Part shown: positions 9,602 through 19,574 of the stretch, in pieces
How the letters are laid out: each line of letters opens with the position of its first letter
How positions within the stretch are numbered: the first letter of the stretch is position 1
DNA from: Candidatus Poribacteria bacterium
GTDB taxonomy: Bacteria > Poribacteria > WGA-4E > PCPOR2b
DNA length: 64,000 nucleotides
Assembly (NCBI GenBank): GCA_965215015.1
Contig: OZ244042.1
Coordinates: 10,768 to 74,767, forward strand
Direction: 5' to 3'
The notes under the pieces: generated by a model
Databases searched by the model: none
The model's input: only the letters and a program-made list of their open reading frames with translations
What the model was told of the DNA's origin: nothing
Made by a program: the position numbers and the translations under genes

Positions 9602-10510
9602 GTGGAGTTAGTAATGTCACAAAACGCTATCACAGAAACAAGCCTAACGAATCTTGCTCTTGCCAACAGAGGTAAAGTCCGAGATCTCTATGACCTTGGC
9701 GAGCAATTATTAATTATCTCAACAGATCGGATCTCGGCATTTGATGTTGTGCTGCCGAACGGAATTCCGTACAAAGGACACATCCTGACCGGACTTTCTG
9801 AATTTTGGTTTGATTATACAAAATCAATCGTCGATAATCACATCATCACCACTGATGTTTCGCAGTATCCTGATGTGCTACAGACAGATGTCGAAGTGCT
9901 TAAAGGGCGCTCGATGCTTGTACGGAAAGCGAATCGAATCGATATCGAGTGCGTCGTGCGAGGATACATCGCGGGCTCCGCGTGGTCGGAGTATAAACAA
10001 GATGGAACGGTATGTGGGGAGAAGCTGCCGGAAGGGCTAATGGAATCGGAGCGGTTGCCGGAGCTTATCTTTACGCCTGCCACGAAAGCAGAACAGGGGG
10101 AACACGATGAGAACATCTCAATCGCAGAGATGGAGAAGGCGATTGGAAAAGAGTTGTCAGAAAAGATTATCCAAACCAGTTTTGCATTGTTTGAAGCTGC
10201 GAGCGAACATGCCGAAAAAGCCGGAATCATCCTCTGTGACACCAAGTTTGAGTTTGGGCAGATTGACGGTCAACTGATTCTCATTGACGAGATTTTCACC
10301 CCGGATTCATCTCGCTTTTGGCCCAAGGACGAGTATCAACCCGGCAGTTCCCCACCCAGCTTCGACAAACAATATGTCCGTGATTATCTGAGTGAGATGG
10401 GTTGGAACAAGCAGCCTCCAGCACCTGAATTGCCAGCGGAGGTCATCCGCCAAACCAGCGAAAAATATCTAGAGGCTTATCGCCTGATTGTTGGTCGAGA
10501 GTTGTTGTGA
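9602..10510 (+). CDS. purC: Phosphoribosylaminoimidazole-succinocarboxamide synthase (SAICAR synthetase)
   Basis: 302 aa; GKVRDLYDLGEQLLIISTDRISAFDVVLPNGIPYKGHILT is a canonical PurC N-terminus. Confidence 0.9.
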   Translation: MELVMSQNAITETSLTNLALANRGKVRDLYDLGEQLLIISTDRISAFDVVLPNGIPYKGHILTGLSEFWFDYTKSIVDNHIITTDVSQYPDVLQTDVEVLKGRSMLVRKANRIDIECVVRGYIAGSAWSEYKQDGTVCGEKLPEGLMESERLPELIFTPATKAEQGEHDENISIAEMEKAIGKELSEKIIQTSFALFEAASEHAEKAGIILCDTKFEFGQIDGQLILIDEIFTPDSSRFWPKDEYQPGSSPPSFDKQYVRDYLSEMGWNKQPPAPELPAEVIRQTSEKYLEAYRLIVGRELL

Positions 10511-10713
10511 GTGGCAACGTGAGCGACTATTCTTGATGAACTCAAAAATTAAAAAGGAATGGACAATAGCTGAAGAACAGAGGATAGGTGATTAGCCTGC
10601 GACAATAACCCCTATTAGCTATGTTGATATTGATGAAGAAATCTGGAATGTTGCTAGCCTATTGGGATGCGTAGGTAAAACGCGATATTTATCGCCTAAA
10701 GGCAGATTGTTCG

Positions 10714-11553
10714 ATGACAGGAATAAAAACAGACCTTTATCTTGGGGATTGTCTAGAAATACTCGCCAATTTTGAGACAGATTCATTCGACCTGATTATA
10801 ACCTCTCCCCCGTATGCGGACCGCCGATCCAAAACGTATGGCGGAGTCCATCCCGATGAATATGTCAATTGGTTCATGCCTCGCGCTGAAGAACTTTTAA
10901 GAGTCCTCAAACCCTCTGGCACATTCATTCTGAACATCAAAGAAAAAGCAGCTGACGGAGAACGGCATACTTATGTTATTGAGCTGATACTTGAGATGAG
11001 AAAGCAGGGATGGTTGTGGACAGAGGAGTTTATCTGGCACAAGAAAAATTGCTATCCGGGTAAGTGGCCAAATCGATTTAGAGATGCTTGGGAAAGGTGT
11101 TTGCAGTTTAATAAGACCAAGAAGTTCAATATGTATCAAGAAGCAGTTATGGTACCGATGGGAGATTGGGCGGAGAGAAGGTTGAAGCATCTCAGTGAGA
11201 CAGATCAGAGCCGGGATACGTCGAAAGTGGGAAGTGGTTTTGGTAAGAATGTTTCAAACTGGTTAGATCGAAAAATGGCATACCCGACGAATGTTTTGCA
11301 CTTGGCAACGGAAACAGGGAATAGAAAACATAGTGCGGTCTTTCCCAAGACATTGCCCCAATGGTTTATTAAGCTGTTTACCAAAGAAAATGATTGGGTG
11401 CTTGATCCGTTTACAGGTGCCGGCACAACGTGCCAAGTCGCTCAAACGTTGTTAAGAAATTCCGCCGGTATTGAAATTTTGCCTCAGTATTATCAGTTGG
11501 CAAAGGAAAATATCAAGCCGAAACAATATTTGAAATATCTTCCTGAACTCTGA
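10714..11553 (+). CDS. Orphan beta-class amino DNA methyltransferase (N4C/N6A)
   Basis: Motif IV TSPPYADRR lies near the N-terminus and motif I DPFTGAGTT near the C-terminus (beta-class order). The gene is visibly more AT-rich than its flanks. No endonuclease partner is adjacent. Confidence 0.85.
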   Translation: MTGIKTDLYLGDCLEILANFETDSFDLIITSPPYADRRSKTYGGVHPDEYVNWFMPRAEELLRVLKPSGTFILNIKEKAADGERHTYVIELILEMRKQGWLWTEEFIWHKKNCYPGKWPNRFRDAWERCLQFNKTKKFNMYQEAVMVPMGDWAERRLKHLSETDQSRDTSKVGSGFGKNVSNWLDRKMAYPTNVLHLATETGNRKHSAVFPKTLPQWFIKLFTKENDWVLDPFTGAGTTCQVAQTLLRNSAGIEILPQYYQLAKENIKPKQYLKYLPEL

Positions 11554-11612
11554 TTCCATCAATGAAAACAATCAGCGGTTGAGGAAAGTGAAATTTTGGC
11601 GAATGTGCTGAG

Positions 11613-12077
11613 TCACCTGACATCAAACACATGGCTCCGCTCGAACAAACCATCCAGAAAAATTTCGACAAACCATTCGCCATGGGCAAAGCCACTTGAA
11701 GGAGCGTCTATAAAGAACCAAGTAATCTGATCCCCCGTTGAGGAGGTGAAGGTCTCTTGATCCTCTCGGAAGGGGGGAGCGTCTAGGGCACCCTCCGGCG
11801 AAAACCAGTTGACTTCAACCGTATGCCGTCCCTTGACGTTCACCCAAAAGATCCATAGGTAAATCCGATCGCTCGTGTCGAAAAAGGTGTCAGCAATTCC
11901 ATCCGGACGATCATCGCTGACATTAATTGCGAGGGTAGAGTCCAAAATCACAGGTTCACCCCTGAGCAGGCTTACCGATCCACTTCCACCTGAACCCGCA
12001 TCATCACACCCGCCAAAAATGATGCTAATTAGAAAGAGTTTTATAAAGAGACCGAAAAAATGAAATTTATTGTGCAT
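11613..12077 (-). CDS. Hypothetical lipoprotein
   Basis: 154 aa; N-terminal hydrophobic signal ending ...IIFGGC (lipobox-like Cys). Confidence 0.45.
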   Translation of the reverse strand: MHNKFHFFGLFIKLFLISIIFGGCDDAGSGGSGSVSLLRGEPVILDSTLAINVSDDRPDGIADTFFDTSDRIYLWIFWVNVKGRHTVEVNWFSPEGALDAPPFREDQETFTSSTGDQITWFFIDAPSSGFAHGEWFVEIFLDGLFERSHVFDVR

Positions 12078-12222
12078 TCGTGCATTTCTCCTCCCCGATC
12101 CTGCAATCGGGATTCAAAGCAACTTGTATTTATGTTGAAGCCTGATTACATCGTACCCGATCTATTTTTCCATGTCAACCGAAAATCTGCATTTATAGGG
12201 GTTAGGAATAACCAGCAAGATA

Positions 12223-13800
12223 ATGCCCCAACACAATAATGGAGAATACTTGATGCAATTTGACTATATTATTCATGGCGGAAAGGTTGTCGATGGCACA
12301 GGTGAGCGCGAGCCTTTCCCCGCGGACGTTGGTGTCATTGATGACCGGATTGCTGCTATTGGGAAATTAGATCCCACGCAAGCAAACCGGAGTATTGATG
12401 CAGCAAGACAGGTCATAAGTCCCGGTTTCATCGATGTCCATGTTCACTCGGAAATTTCGCTGTTGGGTGGCCGAGATCAGCTGGGAGCGGTCCGTCAGGG
12501 GGTGACCACCCAACTTACCGCGCCAGATGGTTTTGGGTGGGCACCACTCCCACCTGAGAAAGCGCAAGAGATGTGGAGCTATACGCAGTTTGCTATTGGG
12601 GATGTGGAACTCAAGCTCGATTGGCACACCGCTGAAGATTATCTGAGCATCTTTCCCGGCAATACTCCTGCCAACGTTTATCCACAGGTGCCGCACTGTG
12701 CAGTTCGTTTGGGGGCAATGGGGTGGGACCCCCGACCCGCTACCGATGAAGAATTGCAGACTATGGTAGAGACAACCCGCGAATGGTTGGAGGCGGGCGC
12801 AGGGTGCCTGTGCTTGGGGCTTGACTACCAGCCAAGTGCCAATGCAGATCTACGCGAACTTGTGACTTTGTGTAAGTTAGCAGCTTCATACGGTGCAATC
12901 TATGCCGCACATATCCGTTACCGAATCCTCGGACGCAAAAAAGCGTGGGAAGAAACCTTCGCGCTTGCCCAACAGTCGGGCATCCCCGTCCATATCTCTC
13001 ACGAACGGGTAGATGACGAGAGCGCAGCATTGCTTGAGCAGGTGGACCGCGAGGGCATTGATCTAACTTTCGAGTCCTATCTCTACCCTGCGGGGATGAC
13101 CCATCTCGCGTTGATGCTTCCGGCGGAGTTTCAAGCGGGAAGTCTCGCAGAAGTCTTGGTAAATTTGGAGCGGTCGGAGGTGCGGGAAAAATGCCTGCCT
13201 CATATCCGAGAACAGTTGGGACGGGGCGATCAGATTGTCGGCTATACCCGTTCTGGTCGATTCATCGGCATGACCTTATCGGAAGCCGCCGAAAGCGAGG
13301 GTAAATCCCGCGAGGACTTTGCTTACGACCTGATGCTTGAAGAGGAAGGAATAGAAACTTTCGTTTTCCCATGGCAGACACCGCCCGAAGATAACAAAGT
13401 GACAATTGACCGCACGGCTGTCCACCCGCGAATGATGATCGCTAGCGACGGTGTCTACGATATTCCTCACCCGCACCCACGGGGATATGGCTGCTTCGTG
13501 CAGTACCTTGGACGCTTCGTTAGAGACCGTCAACTGGTATCCTTACAGGAAGCGGTCTATAAAATGAGCGGGTTCCCGGCAGCGCGTTTTGGGATCAAGG
13601 ACCGGGGGCGAATCGCCGAAGGTTTGGCTGCTGATCTGGTTGTATTTGACCCAAAAACCGTTGCTGACCGTTCGACATGGCAAGATCCGGTGCAGCCGGC
13701 AGTCGGTGTAAACTGGGTACTGGTCAACGGTGTTCCCGTGATTGACGCTGGAAACCCCACAGGACAACTGCCGGGGCGCGTAGTACGACATTCTCCATGA
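12223..13800 (+). CDS. N-acyl-D-amino-acid deacylase (D-aminoacylase) family amidohydrolase
   Basis: 525 aa; MQFDYIIHGGKVVDGTG...ISPGFIDVHVHSE metal-binding motif. Start may be the ATG at 12253. Confidence 0.85.
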   Translation: MPQHNNGEYLMQFDYIIHGGKVVDGTGEREPFPADVGVIDDRIAAIGKLDPTQANRSIDAARQVISPGFIDVHVHSEISLLGGRDQLGAVRQGVTTQLTAPDGFGWAPLPPEKAQEMWSYTQFAIGDVELKLDWHTAEDYLSIFPGNTPANVYPQVPHCAVRLGAMGWDPRPATDEELQTMVETTREWLEAGAGCLCLGLDYQPSANADLRELVTLCKLAASYGAIYAAHIRYRILGRKKAWEETFALAQQSGIPVHISHERVDDESAALLEQVDREGIDLTFESYLYPAGMTHLALMLPAEFQAGSLAEVLVNLERSEVREKCLPHIREQLGRGDQIVGYTRSGRFIGMTLSEAAESEGKSREDFAYDLMLEEEGIETFVFPWQTPPEDNKVTIDRTAVHPRMMIASDGVYDIPHPHPRGYGCFVQYLGRFVRDRQLVSLQEAVYKMSGFPAARFGIKDRGRIAEGLAADLVVFDPKTVADRSTWQDPVQPAVGVNWVLVNGVPVIDAGNPTGQLPGRVVRHSP

Positions 13801-13819
13801 TGTCAAAAGGTAACAGCGA

Positions 13820-16800
13820 GTGGATATGCCAAACGTAAATTCCTATCAATCCCTTGATGAAACCATTTCCAAAAATGCCACCATCCTCGCTGGTCAACTC
13901 AACAGAGCCGCTGCTTCTACGTCGAAAGAAGAAGAAATCCGTATTGCAGCTGAGAGAGAACTCGCCTTCATCCAACGCGAAGCGGGTATTGAACTGAACG
14001 GAAAGCATGAATTCACAATCGGTACGGGCAGAGCTGACTCTGTTTATGACTGTATCATCATTGAATATAAGAACCCTGCCGGTGCGGATAAACTTTCTGC
14101 CCGAAGCGAGGAATCCGGGAATCAGCAGGTTGTTAAACAACTCAAAAGACGCTTTTACGATATGCGAACTGAGTTCGGGCAGCCGCTTAACACCATGTTT
14201 GGTGTGGGGTGCGATGGCAACTATTTTATTTTTGTCCGCTTTCGAGATGATAAATGGGAAATTCAAGATACAGTCGAAGTCAATCCCTATAGCACCGAGC
14301 GTTTTCTATGGGCATTATTTAACTTAGGGACAAAAGGGAAAGCGTTCTCACCGGAGTATTTAGCGGCTGACTTCGGTGCTGATGCCAGGCTCGCTCAAGA
14401 TGGCATTCGTGCCCTCTATGATACTATCTGTACCACGGCAGACCCAAAAAGCCAGACCTTCTTTCAGCAGTGGAAAATCCTGTTTGGTGAGGTGTGCGGA
14501 TACGATGTCAATACTCCTTCAGACAAAATGGAAAAATTGGGTGAGGCCTACGGTGTTTATGGCACCCTCAGACCGGCGGAACTGCTCTTTGCTTTCCATA
14601 CCTATTACGCTTTGTTTATGAAGTTCTTGGCAGCCGAAATCGTAACGTTTTTCCACAACTTGCCGACTCCGCTTCAAAAAATTGTCCAAGCAGAGACCTC
14701 CAACAAACTTAAACAGGAAATGGAAGATTTAGAAGCGGGGAGCCTTTTCCGTCATTTGAACATTACTAACTTTCTCGAAGACGACCTTTTCGCTTGGTAC
14801 ACAACGGCTTGGTGTAACCCTGTTGAGAAACTCATCCGGGATATGAGCGCGAAACTTGACGACTATAACCCCGGAACGTTGTCCGAAGACCCCGCCGGCA
14901 GCCGTGACTTACTCAAGAAACTGTATCAACAACTTTTCCCTCAGACGGTTCGACACGATCTCGGAGAATATTACACCCCCGATTGGCTAGCAGAGCATGT
15001 CCTTAACAAGTTGGAATACACCGGCGACCCGGAAAAACGCATACTTGACCCCGCGTGTGGTTCTGGCACCTTCCTGGTGACTGTGATAAACCGTATCCGC
15101 AAGTGGTACGATGACAATCGTGAACGCTGCCCGTATAGCGAAAGCGAGCTATGCCGAAAGATTCTCCAGAATACCATCGGCTTTGATTTGAACCCCCTTG
15201 CGGTTATGGCTGCCCGCACAAACTATCTCATCGCTATCCGAGACCTGATCAGCCATGTGGGAAGCGTAGAAATTCCCGTTTATCTCTGCGATTCCATCAT
15301 GACGCCATCGGAGTACAGCGGACTGATACTGGGAGGAAGGCTTGGCGATGTTCGGAAACTCCAAACTAGTGCCGCGGGGTTCCTTGTTCCTACCGAAATC
15401 GCAACAAGTCATGATGACTTGGCGAAGTATACCGAAAAATTAGAATTTTGCATTCGTAATAGCTACTCGCCCGAAGAATTCATCGAACAGTGTCGTGATG
15501 AATCCCTTCCTGTTACCGTTGAAAACTTCCACATAGATCTTTATAACACTTTGGTGAAACTTGACAGGGAGAATAAGAACGGTGTCTGGGCACGGATTAT
15601 CAAAAACAGTTTTGCACCATTGTTCATTGACCCGGTAGATTATGTCGCAGGAAATCCGCCGTGGGTGAATTGGGAACATCTGCCAACCGCCTACCGGGAT
15701 TCGATGGCTCCGCTGTGGCAGCAGTATGATCTATTTCGTCATAAAGGAATCAGAGCGCGGCTTGGGGGTGCGAAGGACGACCTTTCAGTTCTAATGACAT
15801 ACGTTGCACATGATGCCTACTTAAAAGAAGAAGGGAGACTCGGTTTTGTAATCACACAGACTGTTTTCAAAACCAAAGGAGGAGGAGAGGGATTCAGAGG
15901 TTTTACTTACCAAAAAGGGGGCAAGAACATTTCTCTGAAAGTTCTCTCTGTTGACGATATGAGCGATTTGCAGCCCTTTGAAGGCACTACAAATCGCACA
16001 GCCGTTTTCTTATGTGAAAAAACAGCGAAGCCTTTCGACTATCCGGCACCCTACATTCTTTGGAAAAAAACGAGAAAAGGACGGATTGATCAAGATGCGA
16101 CACTTGCGGAGGTGCGGGCAGAAACGCTGCAGCACCAATTGGGTGCGATTCCTGTGGACAAGAATGATTTAACATCGCCGTGGCTGACGATGCCGGAAGC
16201 GGCTTTGTCTGGAATCCAAAAGGCTATCGGTAGAAGTGATTACAAGGCTCATGCTGGCATTACTACATGGCTAAATGGTGTCTATTGGATTCGCATTTTA
16301 GCGTATTTACCCAATGGCGAACTGCTCATCGAAAACCGCCATGATGTAGGTAAAAAAAAGGTGAAACGCGTCCAAGTAAGCATTGAACCCGATCTAGTCT
16401 ACCCCCTCCTTCGCGGGCGAGATGTGAAGCATTGGCAAGCGGAACCGTCAACTGCTGTCATCCTTGCAAATCGGACAGATAAATTAGCGGGTATCCCTGA
16501 AGTTGAGATGAAACGCCAGTACCCAAGAACCTATGCCTACTTCAAGTTATTTGAAGAGCCGCTTCGGCAGCGTTCTGGTTACCGGAAATTTTTCAAACCG
16601 ACTGACCCATTTTGGTCAATGTATAACGTTGGACCCTATACGCTGGCACCTTGGAAGGTATTGTGGGCTGAGGTTGGACACAAAGTACAAGCAGGTGTTT
16701 ACAATCCTATTTTAGACGAGTTTAATCGCTTAGAAAAAACACCAATTCCTGATCATACTGTTATTGCTATTTCTTGTGAACGCGGAAAATCGGAAGCATA

Positions 16801-17155
16801 CTTTATAGCTGCGGGATTGAATTCCTCGCCAATCCGTTCCATCGGTCTAGGATATATCACTCTGCATCCATCGCCGCATGTTCTGGCCTACATGGCTGTC
16901 CCACGGTTCGATCCGAAGAATACTTTGCATATCCACCTCGCACAACTTTCTGAATGTTGCCATGACGCTAGGGCGAAAGGAGATAGATCAAACCTTGCCA
17001 CTTTGGAATCTGAGATAGACAAGGCAGCTACACAACTCTGGGGCATCACCGAGAATGAATTGAAGACGATACAAGATGCTCTGAAGGACATGGAGAAGCC
17101 GGGGGAAAGTCGTAGAAAAACGTCCGATGAAGCGAATCTCAAGACAAGATTTTGA
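13820..17155 (+). CDS. MmeI-like Type IIG/IIL fused restriction-modification enzyme (N-terminal PD-(D/E)xK nuclease + gamma-class N6-adenine MTase + C-terminal TRD)
   Basis: 1111 aa. N-terminal GRADSVYDCIIIEYK gives D73/D77...E82-x-K84 (about nt 14036-14071), matching MmeI D70/E80/K82 spacing. Motif I DPACGSGTFLV (about nt 15048) precedes motif IV NPPW (about nt 15655). Confidence 0.75.
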   Translation: MDMPNVNSYQSLDETISKNATILAGQLNRAAASTSKEEEIRIAAERELAFIQREAGIELNGKHEFTIGTGRADSVYDCIIIEYKNPAGADKLSARSEESGNQQVVKQLKRRFYDMRTEFGQPLNTMFGVGCDGNYFIFVRFRDDKWEIQDTVEVNPYSTERFLWALFNLGTKGKAFSPEYLAADFGADARLAQDGIRALYDTICTTADPKSQTFFQQWKILFGEVCGYDVNTPSDKMEKLGEAYGVYGTLRPAELLFAFHTYYALFMKFLAAEIVTFFHNLPTPLQKIVQAETSNKLKQEMEDLEAGSLFRHLNITNFLEDDLFAWYTTAWCNPVEKLIRDMSAKLDDYNPGTLSEDPAGSRDLLKKLYQQLFPQTVRHDLGEYYTPDWLAEHVLNKLEYTGDPEKRILDPACGSGTFLVTVINRIRKWYDDNRERCPYSESELCRKILQNTIGFDLNPLAVMAARTNYLIAIRDLISHVGSVEIPVYLCDSIMTPSEYSGLILGGRLGDVRKLQTSAAGFLVPTEIATSHDDLAKYTEKLEFCIRNSYSPEEFIEQCRDESLPVTVENFHIDLYNTLVKLDRENKNGVWARIIKNSFAPLFIDPVDYVAGNPPWVNWEHLPTAYRDSMAPLWQQYDLFRHKGIRARLGGAKDDLSVLMTYVAHDAYLKEEGRLGFVITQTVFKTKGGGEGFRGFTYQKGGKNISLKVLSVDDMSDLQPFEGTTNRTAVFLCEKTAKPFDYPAPYILWKKTRKGRIDQDATLAEVRAETLQHQLGAIPVDKNDLTSPWLTMPEAALSGIQKAIGRSDYKAHAGITTWLNGVYWIRILAYLPNGELLIENRHDVGKKKVKRVQVSIEPDLVYPLLRGRDVKHWQAEPSTAVILANRTDKLAGIPEVEMKRQYPRTYAYFKLFEEPLRQRSGYRKFFKPTDPFWSMYNVGPYTLAPWKVLWAEVGHKVQAGVYNPILDEFNRLEKTPIPDHTVIAISCERGKSEAYFIAAGLNSSPIRSIGLGYITLHPSPHVLAYMAVPRFDPKNTLHIHLAQLSECCHDARAKGDRSNLATLESEIDKAATQLWGITENELKTIQDALKDMEKPGESRRKTSDEANLKTRF

Positions 17156-17196
17156 TTCACTGACATATTGCGCCCACAATTCTCAGGAAATGATTT

Positions 17197-18744
17197 ATGG
17201 CACATCTCATCGGTATTGATGTTGGAACAACAGGGGCGAAAACAATTCTCGTTGATGAAAGCGGTCAACTGCACGCCAGCACCCTAGAAGAATATCCGCT
17301 GTATACACCTCAACCAAAATGGGCGGAACAAAACCCGGAAGATTGGTGGCTGGCAACGGTGAAATCCATCCAAAGGGTACTTGCCGAATCGCAGATAGCA
17401 CCCAAAGAAATCAAGGGAGTAGGGCTTTCCGGTCAGATGCACGGTTTGGTGCTGATGGACAACGGGCACCGTGTCCTGCGTCCGGCAATGCTATGGTGTG
17501 ATGGGCGAACGACAGAGCAGTGCCACTACATCACAGAGACTGTCGGTGAGGATTTGCTGGTGCAGCGTACGTGTAACCCCGCACTTGAGGGGTTTACTGC
17601 GCCAAAAGTGATCTGGGTGCGAGACAACGAGCCTGAGATTCTGGGAAAGACAGCCACAATGTTGCTTCCCAAAGATTACGTCCGATTCCGCTTGACAGGG
17701 GAAATCGCCGCAGAGGTTTCCGATGCGGCGGGGACACTCCTGTTCGATGTGCGGCAACGATGCTGGTCTAAGGAGGTGTTGCACAAGCTCGGTATCGATC
17801 CAACACTTCTGCCGCCCGTGTACGAGTCGGTCGATATCTGTGGAAAGATTACCGCTGAGGTCGCCGAATTGACCGGACTCCCGGTAGGGACTCCGGTCGT
17901 CGGAGGTGGGGCGGATAACGCCTGTAGCGCAGTCGGCAACGGGATTGTCAGGACGGGGCGGGTTTCGGCAAGTATTGGGACGTCGGGAGCAATCGTTGCA
18001 CATACCGATGAAGCCAAAGTAGACCCAAACCTACAAGCACATAGCTTCTGCCATTCTGCCCCGCACAAGTGGTATCTGATGGGCGTGGTCCTTTCAGCCG
18101 GCGGCGCATTCCGTTGGTTTCGCGATAATTTAGGAGATCCAGAGGTTGCGGCTGCACAAATCGAAGGCGTTGATTCATATCAGATTTTGACCCAGCGCGC
18201 AGCAGAAGCACCTGTCGGCAGCGAGGGCTTAATCTTTCTGCCATACCTCACCGGCGAGAGAACGCCACACGCGGACGCAAATGCCAAAGCGACCTTCTTC
18301 GGTATGACGTTGCGGCACGGCAAACCCCATCTGATCCGCTCGGTAATGGAAGGCATTGCCTACGCCTTGCGCGACTCGCTAGAGATTATTCGTGGATTAG
18401 GAACGCCCATTGAGCGAATCTACGCCACGGGCGGCGGCGCACGGAGTTCACTCTGGCGACAAATCCAAGCCGATGTCTACGATGCCGAACTGGTCACGAT
18501 TAACATTGCCGAAGGCCCCGCATTTGGCGCAGCAATTCTCGCGGGCGTCGGAACAGGAGTTTACCAAAGCGTTGAGAGTGCAGCAGATGAAATTATCGAA
18601 ATTACGTCAACGACGCAACCGAACTCTGACAATGTGAGAATTTATGAGGAATACTATCAGATTTACCGCGCGCTGTATCCCGCACTCAAGCCACAATTCG
18701 ATTGGGTGACAGCGGTGGTTTCGGGCGGAGGATATGATGAATAA
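17197..18744 (+). CDS. xylB: Xylulokinase (FGGY carbohydrate kinase)
   Basis: 515 aa; strong end-to-end similarity to E. coli XylB (IGIDVGTTGAK..., LRPAMLWCDGR, LPKDY..R.TGE, GGGDNA, HSFCH). Confidence 0.85.
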   Translation: MAHLIGIDVGTTGAKTILVDESGQLHASTLEEYPLYTPQPKWAEQNPEDWWLATVKSIQRVLAESQIAPKEIKGVGLSGQMHGLVLMDNGHRVLRPAMLWCDGRTTEQCHYITETVGEDLLVQRTCNPALEGFTAPKVIWVRDNEPEILGKTATMLLPKDYVRFRLTGEIAAEVSDAAGTLLFDVRQRCWSKEVLHKLGIDPTLLPPVYESVDICGKITAEVAELTGLPVGTPVVGGGADNACSAVGNGIVRTGRVSASIGTSGAIVAHTDEAKVDPNLQAHSFCHSAPHKWYLMGVVLSAGGAFRWFRDNLGDPEVAAAQIEGVDSYQILTQRAAEAPVGSEGLIFLPYLTGERTPHADANAKATFFGMTLRHGKPHLIRSVMEGIAYALRDSLEIIRGLGTPIERIYATGGGARSSLWRQIQADVYDAELVTINIAEGPAFGAAILAGVGTGVYQSVESAADEIIEITSTTQPNSDNVRIYEEYYQIYRALYPALKPQFDWVTAVVSGGGYDE

Positions 18745-19216
18745 ACTCACACATTTTGACGAAAAAGGACAAGTCCACATGGTTGATGTCACGCCGAAGG
18801 CAGAAACCCTACGCGTTGCGGTGGCACGGGGGCATGTGTTCGCAAAACCGGAGACGCTCCGATTAATCGCTGAACGTGGTTTTGAAAAAGGGGATGTCCT
18901 CGAAGTAGCTCGCCTCGCCGGCATCATGGCAACCAAGCACACTGGCAGTCTCATCCCCCTCTGTCATCCGATCGCGCTGACCTCCGTCAAAGTTGATCTG
19001 TCAATCAATGAAGCGGAACGCCGCGTCCAAATTGAGGCGGAGGTACAGACCGTCGGACGGACAGGTGTCGAGATGGAAGCCTTGACCGCTGTTTCTGTCG
19101 CCGGTTTGACGGTCTACGATATGTGCAAGTCGGTAGACAGGGGGATGGAGATTTCTGATATTCGATTGGTCAAAAAAACTGGTGGGAAAAGTGGAACATT
19201 TATCCGGGAGGAGTAA
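18734..19216 (+). CDS. moaC: Cyclic pyranopterin monophosphate synthase MoaC
   Basis: 160 aa; HFDEKGQVHMVDVTPK...GDVLEVARLAGIMATKHTGSLIPLCHP; overlaps xylB by 11 nt. Confidence 0.9.
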   Translation: MMNKLTHFDEKGQVHMVDVTPKAETLRVAVARGHVFAKPETLRLIAERGFEKGDVLEVARLAGIMATKHTGSLIPLCHPIALTSVKVDLSINEAERRVQIEAEVQTVGRTGVEMEALTAVSVAGLTVYDMCKSVDRGMEISDIRLVKKTGGKSGTFIREE

Positions 19217-19574
19217 TCATCGTCAACCACCCAACCCTAAAGGGTAGGGCTTGTCAACCGTTCCCTTAACTGGTATCTTTAGGGGCTTATCGGTCTTGGC
19301 TCGTCGCTTTACACGCGTGCGACCGAAGGTCAAAAGTGTACCTTTAGAATGCAAGTCAAGCAGAATCGGCGATTCCACGAACTCAATTTCAACGCGAACC
19401 CTCGGACAACCTTCTCTCCTTTGGCTACTACGCCAAGAGGGAAGCGAAAAGCGAGCGTTTTTCTTAAGGCGTCGAGCTACGATAATACCCCAAGACGTTT
19501 TGGAAAACAAGGCTAAAGCAGATGTTACCTCCCACCACAGAGGTGTGGGTTTCCACACCTAAAGGAGTTTTCTA

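Noticed and set aside
13820-17155. BREX PglX identity for the large NPPW methyltransferase
   Set aside because: No brxA/B/C, pglZ or brxL genes in the neighbourhood, and the N-terminus carries a PD-(D/E)xK motif with MmeI-like spacing, which favours a Type IIG/IIL enzyme.
19217-19574. Long intergenic region as tmRNA, RNase P RNA or 6S RNA
   Set aside because: No tRNA-like acceptor/T-arm with CCA, no tag-peptide frame ending in AA-stop, and no RNase P conserved GGAAAGUCCGG-type motifs could be found by eye. Left as an unassigned structured leader.
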